Source of the DNA: the human T2T-CHM13v2.0 reference genome, Homo sapiens
Assembly (NCBI RefSeq): GCF_009914755.1
Contig: NC_060932.1
DNA: 64,000 nt
Reading direction: 5' to 3' (one strand)
Shown: positions 10,921 through 23,761 of the stretch, one piece after another
Layout of the letters: each line of letters begins with the position of its first letter
Position numbering within the stretch: the first letter of the stretch is position 1
The notes under the pieces: generated by a model
Told to the model about the DNA's origin: nothing
Database searches by the model: none
Seen by the model: the letters and a program-made list of their open reading frames with translations, nothing else
Position numbers and translations under genes: made by a program

Positions 10921-12356
10921 TCAGTCCTGTTGTTGGATCATCTGGTTGGGGGCTTCTGCCTCAGAGAACCTTTGTCCTCTGGGGCAGTGTGCCTTCCAGT
11001 GATTGCCTTGGCATAGAGGACATGGATGAGGGGGTGGCTTGTTTCTCATTGGACAATCTTTTTTAAAGTGTCCTTGTAAACCACACTGATAACAAGCCCT
11101 ACTGGGTGATTGACCTGCTCCATTTTCTGTCCTCTCTGAACCACCGAAGTTTGTTTCTCTAATTGTCATGACAAAGGCTGCAGCCTTTCTCTGATCTCGC
11201 TTTTCCCTTTGGGCCTGCTCTTCTTGGTCCCTATTATAGAACACCGAGGTTGCCAGATTTAATAACACCTCCAGATTTTGATCAGGGCCCAGGGCTTGCT
11301 TTTGGAGCTTTCTCCTGATATCTGCAGCTGATTGGGTAATAAACTTATCTTTGAGGATCAATTGACCCTTGATGGAGCCGGGTTACAGGGGAGTATATTT
11401 TCTTAAGGCCTCCTGTAGCCACTTGAGGAAGGCAGAAGGATTTTCTTCCTTTCCCTGAGTTATGGTGGACATCACTGAATAATTCATGGGCTTTTTCCTA
11501 TTTCTCCTTAGCCCTTCTAGAACACAGGTTAGCAGATGTTTATGACTCCGGTCCCTATGATCTTAGTCTAGGTCCCAGTGGGGATCCATACTGGGGAAGG
11601 GCCGGCTGACTGGTAGGGAAGTTGTCCCTTTCTTTGGCTGTCATTCTGTCATTTACTTGACTAAGCTAGCTGCAGCTAAAACCACATTTTCATTAAATGC
11701 CAGGGTTTGGTCTAAAAATAGCATGACATCTGTCCAAGTGAGGTTGAAGGTTTGCCCTAGACCCTGTAGGACATCTATGTACCTATCAGGATGATCTGAA
11801 AACTTCCCCAAGTCTACTTTGATCTGCTTTAAATCAGAGAGGGAGAAGGGGACATGTACCCGGTTTGGGCCAAATTCCCCTCCCCCTAAGCTTGAAGGGG
11901 ACATAACCAATAGCCAGGGGTTTTTTGTGGCCCTTTGGATATTTCTTTGCTTGTTTTCTTCTGGGGAGGGGAGATTAGAGGAGGCTTATCATTAATAGGA
12001 AGGGGAGCTATAGGAAGGCTAGGATATGGAGGTAAGCTGAGAGGTCCTCCTGTGGGATGTAAATTGCAAGCTTTGCTTAGTTGTGGATTATCCTTCATTG
12101 AAAAGAAAGCTTGGACATAATGTATTTCACTCCATTTGCTTTCCCTCTTACAGAAAAGGTCAAGCTGCAGGATAGTGTCATAATTTATACTTCCCTCAGG
12201 TGGCCATTTTTCCCCATCAGAGAGAGAATACTGGGGCCAGGCCATAGTGCAGAAAAAAATGAGCCACCTATTTTTCAGGGTTTGTGGGTCAAATTGGTCC
12301 CAATGGCTTAGGATGCATTTAAAGAGTGAGCCTGTTGATGCTTGAGTGTTTCCCAT
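10921..12356 (-). pseudogene. gag: HERV9 gag remnant (MA-CA-NC)
   Basis: ATG at 12356 (MGNTQAS...), WPPEGSINY, LPPYP, capsid text VHVPFSLSDLKQIK, NC fingers CYQCGLQGHFKKDC and CPLCQGNHWKAHC, and a TGA at 10921-10923. Broken into at least 3 ORFs. Confidence 0.95.
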
Positions 12357-13530
12357 CTGAAAGAAAAAACTGCCCACGTTTTTGGCTTGTTTCCCCCCTA
12401 CCCCACCCCACTCCCCACCCAAGAACTCACAATGGTCCACGGACCCTGCTGATCGGTATAGTTGCGCTCACTGACACAGAAGCAGAAACACTAGTTTTCC
12501 TCCTAGACCACAAGGAGGACTGAGGAAGGTCGGATTTAATGGCCCTTACCGATGCATTCTCAAAAACCTGCACCCTTGCCTTTCCTCTTAGACCACAAAG
12601 AGGACTGAGAAAAATCAGAGTTAGTGGCCCTTACTGACGCATTCTCAAAAACCTGTTAGAGTCCTAAACGTTTTCTCCTGTTAGTATTGGGACTTTACCC
12701 CTGTCCTATAAAGATGATATGCCTAAAAATGGAGTGGAGGGCCATACCCTGAGGGAGGGAAGGGATCTCTAGCATTGGAAGAGTGACACCTTTTGTCCTC
12801 ACTTCTAATCATATGGATAGGAAGGATATCATTTCTGAGGCTCCCTATATCCTAGCTTCAGGAATAGCTTTTGTTAGGCCTGCTAGTCTGAGGAGGGATT
12901 CTAAAATTCCAGATAGTAACCCCCCAAGTGGGGTTTTGGGCAGAAATTTTGTCTTTCTGATTGGTTAGCCTGGTTGCCTAAGGAAAGAAATAGAGTTCCA
13001 AAATTTATACTGGAAATCATTCTTACAGGAAAAACTAGAAAAGCACCAGAATCAGGGAGTGGTTTTTAGAAGCAGGACTAGCCTCAGAGAAGAGAGGCAG
13101 GAGGAAGTTTATCTGATAGGTGTTAGGACCCAGGAGGCAAGCATCAGGATAGATAGGATAGATGGGTGAGTCTCACTTGGGCAATGTGACTTTCAGAGTT
13201 TCTCTCATGGCTACAGGATCAACCAACTTTTTGTTGGACCCCAGAGCTGAATGGCTTTCCTCTCTGTCAACCCTCAGCTCAGCCCGGAAGTACAGGAAAA
13301 GCAGAAGCTGGTTCCAGTACAGGAAAAGCAGAAGCTGGTTCCAGGCAAACCAATGCTATCAACTCCAAAGAGTCAGGGGTTGTTAGAGAGTCCTTTCCCA
13401 GAAAGCCTGACACTCGTGTCTTTAGTTGGGTGGCCATGCTAGTCACTTTTAACTGGCTGACAAGTGCCCAGTGTTTAACCCCCAAATTCCAAGGAAAAAT
13501 AGGACAGAATAGCAAGTGAAAGGGGTCCAG

Positions 13531-13543
13531 TGGTACTCACCAG
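13531..13543 (-). promoter_or_regulatory. Proviral major splice donor
   Basis: Minus strand reads CTG|GTGAGTAC just downstream of the PBS, the usual position in HERV9/HERV-W-like leaders. Confidence 0.65.
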
Positions 13544-13552
13544 TTGGCAATA

Positions 13553-13570
13553 GTCCCTTTGTAATCACGA
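13553..13570 (-). other. Primer-binding site, tRNA-Arg type, degenerate
   Basis: Minus strand TCGTGATTACAAAGGGAC matches the recalled TGGCGACCACGAAGGGAC at 13 of 18 positions, 3 nt after the 5' LTR. Confidence 0.75.
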
Positions 13571-13573
13571 AGA

Positions 13574-14153
13574 TGTATCCAGAGTTTGTTCCTTCCAGTG
13601 GGTTGGTGGTCTCGCTGACTTCAGGAATGAAGCCATGGACTTTCGCGGTGAGTGTTACAGCTCTTAAAGGTGGTGCGGACCCAGTGAGTGAGCAGCAGCA
13701 AGATTTATTGTGAAGAGCAAAAGATCAAAGCTTCCACAGCATGGAAGGGCACCCGAGCAGGTTGCTGTTGCTGGCTGGGGTGGCCAGCTTTTATTCCCTT
13801 ATTTGTCCCCACCCACATCCTGCTGATTCGTCCATTTTACAGAGTGCTGATTGGTCCATTTTACAGAGTGCTGATTGGTCCATTTTACAGAGTGCTGACT
13901 GGTCCATTTTACAGAGTGCTGATTGGTCTATTTTAGAAACCTATAGCTAGTCATGACAATTAGATTGGTGCATTTTTACAAAGCATGGATTGGTGCATTT
14001 TACAAGCCTCTAGTTAGCTCTAGAGCACTGATTGGTGCGTTTTACAATCCTAGCTACAGAGTGCTGATTGGTGCATTTTACAATCCTCTTGTAAGACAGA
14101 AAAGTTGTCCAAGTCTCCACCCAACCCAGAAGTCCAGGTGGCTTCACCTCTTA
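13574..14153 (-). mobile_element. 5' LTR (LTR12 family, LTR12F-like)
   Basis: Homologous to 6830-7419. Starts TAAGAGGTGAAGCC (TG mutated to TA) and carries a CCAAT repeat array. Confidence 0.93.
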
Positions 14154-14159
14154 CAACTA

Positions 14160-14503
14160 CAGGTTGAGCATACCTAATCCCAAAATCTAAAATTTGAAAT
14201 GCTCCAAAATCCAAAAGGTTTTGAGTGCTGACATGATGCCACAAGTGGAAAATTTCACATATGACCTTGTAACAGTTCATAGCCAGAACTTTATTTTATG
14301 CACAAATATTATTTTAAATATTTCAGAAAATCCTACCTTCAACCTATATATAAGGTGTATATGAGACACAAATAATTGTATGATTAAACTTGGATCCCAT
14401 TTCCAAGGCATCTCATTATGTATATGCAAGTATTCTAAAATAAAACAATAGAAATTTGAAACATTTCTGGCCCAAGCATTTTGGACAAGGTATACTCAAT
14501 CTG
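14160..14503. mobile_element. Tigger4b (MER46B)-like TcMar non-autonomous DNA transposon
   Basis: Terminal inverted repeats caggttgagcatacct...aggtatactcaatctg, with TA on both sides; about 345 bp. Confidence 0.85.
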
Positions 14504-14542
14504 TATTATGTAATTTCTTTGTCTCACTTTGCATTTGAGTTC

Positions 14543-14979
14543 TGTATTAATTTTCTGAGGATTCCATAGCAAAATAGCATAAATTGCATGGCTTAGAACA
14601 AAAAAAATATTATCCCACAGTTCTGAAGGTCAGAAGTCCAAAATCAAGGTGTTGGAAAGTTTATCCTCCTTCTGAAGGTGTAGGGAAGGACATTTTTCAG
14701 GTCTCTCTCCTAGCTTCTAGTAGTTCTGGGCCCATGGCTGCATAGTTCCAATCTTCACATGGTATTCTGTCTGCATGTGAATCTGCGCCCAAATTTCCCT
14801 CTTATTTAGAATAGAGACATCAGTCATATGGATTAGGAGCCCACCCTATTCCAGTATGACTTTATCTTAACTAATTACATCTGCAATTACCTTATTTCCA
14901 AACAAGGTTACATTCTGGGGTGCTTGGGCTTAAGAATTCAACATATGAATTTTGGAGAAACACAGTTCAACCTATAACA
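14543..14979 (-). mobile_element. MLT1B/C MaLR solo LTR
   Basis: tgtatta...cagttctgaaggtcagaagtccaaaatcaaggtgttgg...cttatttccaaacaagg...cctataaca. Confidence 0.85.
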
Positions 14980-16958
14980 AGATCACAATATTGTTGGTGT
15001 CAAGTGATGACTGAAATTTACAGTGTTTCTTTATTGAGGTCCATGGACTCCTGTGTGAGCAGATTTCTTTCCATGTCCACAGGTCCCAAGTTATAAAAAT
15101 ATGGGTGTACAGAGACTTCCACTTTAGACACAGGCTCTAGGGGGGTGACGTTAGAAGAAATTGAGCTCTTTTATTGAGCTATGATAGCTGTATTAATTGT
15201 GGCTCAGAACAAGCTCAAGGATGCCAAAATCAAGTGTCACATTAATCAAGCTCCCCCCAGGTTGGTCATGGAAGATAGTATCTGGTGGTAAACTGAGGCG
15301 GTAAATAAGAATTGAGGCCAGGCACTCAGCAATGTCATTCTGCTAAACCCAGTCAAACACCCAGGAAATGATGTCAGAGTGGGGTGAAACCAGATGATAA
15401 GTGAAGCTGTAGTGCCAGAGAGTAGAGATGCTGGGGTGATATTTAAACCTAGGAAACACTGAATGAATTCTTCCCTACCTGAGGTTATCTTACACGCCAA
15501 ATCCTGAGCCTTTAACTCCACACATTTCTCTAATATTTGGAACCATGTGGGATCTCTAAGAAGTCTGTGCAAGAGCCTTGAGGGCTTTTGAGCACCCTAT
15601 GTACAGTTTTCTCCCAATGTGGTAGAGTTTCATGGTCTCTGTTTCAGAATATGACCCTCACTTGGGGAAGGACATGGGGGCTAGCAATGGTTCTTTCACT
15701 GTTAGGATTTCACGTTTAAAAACTGTTGAACCTAACGAGAGGACAAGTGTTATCGCTCATTCCATTTTTCATAAAGCCATTTGAGCAAATATATCTTTAG
15801 ATTGCTTAAAAGTCCAAGGTAAGACTGAAATGTAACAGTTACAGCACTAAAAATGTGATACAATCTTTCATTTGCAAGTAAAGATAGTAATACGTGATAA
15901 AGAAGAGCAAAAAGAAAAATCCAACTCTGAGCTGTTAAAAGAAACCCAGTAAAAATAAGTTGTCACAGAGGATAAAGAGAATGGCTGAGTAAAGGCACTG
16001 TTCTTTATTACAGAACAACATTGTTTTCTTCTGTAATAAAGAAAATATTAAAGTTTTTAAAAAGTTCCTTATCAATCAATATTGGTTACATAAATATTAA
16101 ATTTAGAGCAGAACAATTTATTTGCCTGCCTTTTGTTAAAGGACATTGGCTGGTCAGTGTTAGCTGATATTTACATAATCCTAGTTAAAAATATAAAATT
16201 CTGAGCTGGAGAATACTTTATATTATTATTTTTTAAGTTGAAAAATAAGTTTTCATATTCTGTGAGGAACATTTTGTACCTAAAAATCCATTTGCCATTG
16301 CTGTTAGAAACTATGAAAATGTTAACAAGGTTTTCAGAGTATGCTAATGATGTGCTGTCTCTTGAAGAGGAACGTAATGTGACTGACCTGAGGTGCAAGC
16401 TTTGAGTGGCTAAAACAATTACATTTTTCTGGCAATAGCACATATAACATGGGTGTTTGGGGTTTTCTTTTTGAGAGGCCCCTTAGTGGGATTCAAGTGG
16501 AGTTCATACCCAGAGAGTTGACTGCTCAGAGGTAGACATCCACAGGTATAAATGAGTGGAATGTGTTCTGATGTAATTGATTGAAGTGAACATGTGCCTC
16601 ACACATTCCAGATGAGTGTAAAGGGCAACTACACAGCCTGGAGAGCCCTTAGGGCCCAGGGATGGGGGCTGTTCTGCTGTCAAATATTTTTCCAAGTTCT
16701 ATCCCTGTGCCTTTATACTTGTACTCTTCAAGGACACATTTTGGTAAACCACAGGCCTTCGTATACCCATACGTGTTTGGTCTTATTTTTTTGCCTGCAC
16801 TCTTATAAAACCAGACATCCACAACAAAGGCCAAGCTACTTCACCTGAAATTGGATGCACTATTTTGACCTCAGTTGCACGGGGCTCTCATCAGTTGATA
16901 ATACATTCAGTGAGGCCTAAGGTCATGTGTACCAACCTGCACCAAGGGAAACCTGTGC

Positions 16959-18625
<1,667 letters not shown>

Positions 18626-19309
18626 GAAAAAAAAGAAAAAGATGGCACTGACCGACATAATATATACAAACTGTATCTTCCTATATAAGATAAAGAAGAA
18701 TTATGGACTAGTGAAATAACTGAGACATAGAATCAAGAACATTTCAAATAAAAATAAATTTTCCCTCATTTGACTAGCTCTTTCAGCTACAATAGATTTT
18801 ATATCCTGAGTCATCTAAGAATAATTCTTTACTTAATATTAACTTTCTGCTTAGAATAAGCACCCAGGCATAACGTTTTATCCATTAAAATACATTGAGT
18901 AGCTCTATCAAAATCTGGCCACACAACTTTGGGGCATGGCTTGAGCCAATGTTTAATGAAAAACTCACTGGCCTAGGGCCCCATTATCCATTTTGCAGCT
19001 AGAATGAACTTTAACAAACACACATCTGATCTTTGTCCTGCTCTCTACGACAAGACAAGATTAGAGAGTTTTCATGGAATATCCATGCAGTTTAGGATAT
19101 AGCCCAGACTTCGCATTACTTCTAAGAAGTAAGACAAGGCATCTGCTCACCTCTTGTCTTACCATTTTTCCTTTTCCATTCTATATGTATAATTTCCTTA
19201 ATGTTCCATACTCTCAGAGAGTGAGGTTTTTTTAAAATAGTATCTTCCGAGTCTAAACCCAATGCTTTAATATATGGACATTACTGCCATCATAATATTT
19301 ATTGCATAC

Positions 19310-19510
19310 AAAATGCTTTCCTAAGTGTTATCTCTTTTCATTCTCACAAGAGCACAATATGCGATATTATCCTATTACAACTTACAATATAAGGGATTGA
19401 GATCCACAGGGGTTAAGTAGCATCCTCGAGATCACAGTTGTTAAGTGAAAAGGGCTGGCACTTAAGCTCCAGTCTTCTGATCTAACTTCCCTGATAGTTC
19501 ACTGCACTAA
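19310..19510 (-). mobile_element. MIR
   Basis: ggggttaagtagcatcctcgagatcacagttgttaagtg core. Confidence 0.65.
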
Positions 19511-22500
19511 TGTGGTCAGAAAAGTGCCTACATGTATCTAATATGTACAGCTCTGTTACTCTTCTGGTAATATCAAAATTTTGAGATTTTTTTTTTTAGC
19601 GAGCTCCAAATGATTCATCTGACTTGAATGGTTCTATATCACCCATTATTTACACCAGAATACCATAAAGATCTTCCAGAACCCAGTCAACCATTATAAG
19701 TGAAGTTCAGTGTCAATTCTTGCAACGTGAATTATTACTTCTGTAGAGTAAGAACTTTACTAATATATGCATATAATATCTAATTTACTTGAAAATTCTA
19801 CTGCCTAGACTACACAAAGAAGTTATGTTTCATACTGTTAGTTTTAATCCACAACTTGGTGATGAGTAAACAGCATTTGAAGAACCATAATGGGATAAAC
19901 CCTCAGGGATAGCTTGCATTTAAACACCCAAGTCAAAAGTCCACATTCTGCTGTGTTGACCACAAGACTTCCAGCTTCTTTCCACACATTCAGCACCAGA
20001 GGTTTACCAGCTGGCATAATGGATGCTAGGAATGACTTCACCAGCAAAATGAACGGGGTGCATGAACAGAACATAAGCACTTACACAAATTATAGGGAAT
20101 GGTGCATTTTTTTCAGCTGAAAATTCCCAACTGGATTAGGTCAATTTTCAACAGCTCCTGGGTTCAGGGATCATCAGAAGATTTTGTCCCTGGATTCTGG
20201 CTGGAGCATTAGCCAAACTGAAAAATAGACTATTATCTCATCTGCCTTAAATGGGCCTTTCCTGAATGGGGTTACAACCTACCTGGATACCCTTTAAGGT
20301 TCCTTAATGTCAGTATGCATGGCAAGATTAAGCATAAAACATTATATATTTCTGTGTTTTGAAATTGTGTAGAGGAAATCTATTACACTGACCCACTTCT
20401 AACTATTAGAAGCTATGAATATTAACCCCCCAAAATCTGATCTTTGTAAATGACAAAATTTACATAGTTCAATTTTCAAAACTTCTATTATAAAGCAGTA
20501 TAAGGAACTTAGAATGTTGCTACTTCATAAGTAATATTAAATCAAATAGTGTTGAGTTACTTGCTATTTTTCCTATTTAAAGACTACAGAAAATAGGATT
20601 GCCTTTCACTTTGTACTTTATGTTCTTCTGTATTATTCAAATTACATAATATTAATATTCTATATTACTCACATTATATAATAAACATGTATTACTTTTT
20701 AATAAAAACTCCTAAATAATAGAAAAAACTAAATTAATTTGATGCTAAGATTGATGTAGAACTGCAACTTCTTGTACAACTCCCTAATTTCAGGTTTTTG
20801 GGCTTATAAAAATATCATCACTATTTTCTTAATAAATTACTATAGAAATGTTATTTACTTGAGTTCATATTAATTTTATGTGTGAATTTTTAAGGACAGA
20901 GTGACCCAGTTCTTTTATAAAACTCTGAAAAGCTCAATCAGGATCCTTTATTATCTTCACATTCCATAAAGCTGAGTCCTCATTGTCGAACTGTGGTCAA
21001 CATGCCAACAGTAATCTTGAGTATAACAAAAGATTTAAAAATTTTAAAAGCTATCATGTAGTAAATCATTTTGTTTTGTTTTGTGGATGAAAACTGGAAG
21101 TTAGGGACTGTATATTATAATCTTTAAAACATCTCCATTGCTTGCGTATAATGCTGTGTATATATGCCTGATTTATGGAATGAACACATGGTTTTCATCT
21201 CACTTAGTGCCTATGTGTTTGAAAATTAGTTTAAAAATTAACTACCTATATGAATGTTAATTTTTTAAGATGCCCAACCCTCTTGCTAGTTTTAGCATTT
21301 TCTGTAAGAATTAGAAGTGAAAGATAATGGTATATATAGTGTACCCACCAAGATATTTCTCAGTACCTAGGTTTATTACAATCTGGGGGAGAGAGCAAGC
21401 TACACTGTAAAAATAACTTCAGAATCAATTAAAATATGGGATAAACACTGCTAGCTGTGAACGACCAGACTGTCAGAGAGCAGCCTCCTGGGCCAATATC
21501 ATCACAGGATATATTCTGACCCGAGAAAACCTGTATCCTTCCCACCTCTCAGAAGAGAGAAAAGTAAGACAGGATAAATTTCAAAAGCAGAATGAATGTG
21601 AGAAATCACTGTTCATTCTACCAGCTTTCATTATTGGTAAAAGAAAGTTTCCATTTCTGATATCAAAACACATCCCTTCTGCTTATCTTTTCTTTACTTC
21701 ATCTACCCTATGAATATTTAGTAGCTCAAGAGCCTGGCTTCCTGAAAAGTCAACTTTCTTACCACCTGCTTACAGTTCTCTTCATGTAGACTTCCAGGCT
21801 CATATCCTTTCTAAAAGAACAGGAGGTTAAAAAAAAAACGTTGGCTTTAAATTATCAACTTTTTTCCATTTAAAATGAAGGGATACCTCTTCTAGACTCC
21901 AAGTGAATGGAAAAACAATAGCCCTAAATATCCTCCACTTCCACATAACTGCTCCCACAAACAGTTATGTCATAAAAACAAATGCCTTCAAAACAAATGT
22001 CGAGAAGGACCAATGCTTCTCAGTTTGAATGTAGGTTGTATATTGACATGTCAGGTAAATTTGAAAATGCATATTTATAAATTATATAAGTTTTTCAGGC
22101 TAATGGTTTTATATTTGGTTAAATTTATTGTCTAAGCAGCATGTGCACTCATAGAAAACTACAAAAATGATTTTCCCAAGGAGACGTATATTTAAAATTC
22201 TACTATTTCTGCTCCACATTTGGAATGAATCAGAGTGAGCCTTGGCAGCTTCTCGCCATGCACCCACGAGGCATTAACAATGGCTTCTAGGTTCTCATAT
22301 GAAGCCTGCATAACGTTTTAGGTGACTAGGATGGGATGTAGTTTGGGAGACCTGCCAAAGAGAAAGGGATACTTCCAGCTGAATTTGCTCATGGATGGAC
22401 ATTTGGGACGGCTGATTTGAGGCATATAAGAAAGTCTTTCTTTCACTCCAAAAATACTTTGAGCACTAGCTTCACGGCCGGAAATCCTACCATAAAATAT

Positions 22501-23380
22501 TTTTTTTTTCATGCTAGTCTTTCTTCCTTAATTGAAAGGTAAACACACTTAGGGGCAACCACTAGTGATGGAAGGAAGTTCAGCCAAATACTCAGAATTC
22601 TTGGTGTCAATCATAGGCCAACCAAGTTCTGAGTCTGTTCCTTCTATCAGAGATGTCTTTGCAGTAGTGAGAGGTGTTGGGATATCCAGGCACAAGCACT
22701 ATGCCAAGGCTCAAGTGGGCATGTGGCTTTGAGGTGGTCTGATTTAGTCACCACAATGACAGAGGCTCATGTGTTGAAACCAGGTTATGAAATCAGAACA
22801 GAAAGCTACCTCTTAGTTGCATAAGCTACAGAAACCAACACTTGGAGCAGGATTGCTCCTATGCCTGAAGTAGGAATGTGCCTACAGTGGGGGTGAAGTT
22901 GCCTAGTCCCTCACAGTGAGGAAGCAGAGCAGAGCAGAAAGTGAAGGTTATCACTGCAAAATGTTTACATAGCATACAGAGCTCAATGTACCTTTAGTAG
23001 CTCACATACAGAATTGTACATAAAAACATGAAGTTATTAATGTCACAAATTTGTTGAAAAAGAATGTGCTGATAATTTGACAACCTAACAATATTCTTCA
23101 TTTGTTCAGTAATAGTAACTATTGTAATGATTTTATCTTATTTTAATACTCAAATGAGCTTTGTCAAGATAATTTGGATGAGTTAGAACTTATTTTATAT
23201 TTTCTTTCAATTTGTGATTTTTTTTTCTGTCAATGTATTTTCCTAAAGCTTGGAAAATATTGCATTGATTTCAATGGTCTAAATAGCACATCTAGTATAA
23301 CCCTAATCTTATTAGGCTTTTTGCAAGGACATTCATAATCTTGATTTAAATAATAGGTCAACTGTGCCTGTAAGTGTAGG

Positions 23381-23761
23381 TGATATGGTTTGGCTGTGTC
23401 CCCACCCAAATCTCATCTTGAACCATAGTTTCCATAATCCCCACCTGTTGTGGGAGGGTTTGGATCATGGGGGAAGTAATTGGATTATGGAGGCAGTTAC
23501 CTCTATTCTGTTCTCATGATAGTGAGTGAGTTCTCATGAGATCTGATGGTTTTACAAGGGGCTTTCTGGCACTTCATTCTAAACTTCTCCTTGCTGCCAC
23601 CATGTGAAGAAGGACATGCTTTCTTCCCCTTCAACCATGATTGTATGTTTCCTGAGGCCTGCCCAGCCATGCTGTACTGTGAGTCAATTAAACCTCTTTC
23701 CTTTATAAATTACCCTGTCTCAAAAATGCCTTCAGTAGCAGCATGAGTATGGACTAACACA
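23381..23761 (+). mobile_element. THE1 (C/D-like) MaLR solo LTR
   Basis: tgatatggtttggctgtgtccccacccaaatctcatcttgaa...attaaacctctttcctttataaattacc. TSD gtagg/gtaga. Confidence 0.93.

Larger units (their letters stand above)
6830..14153 (-). mobile_element. HERV9/ERV9 provirus (class I, LTR12 family), defective
   Basis: Paired LTRs, CAAC TSD at 6826-6829 and 14154-14157, PBS, PPT, and gag-pro-pol-env remnants in order on the minus strand. Confidence 0.95.
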
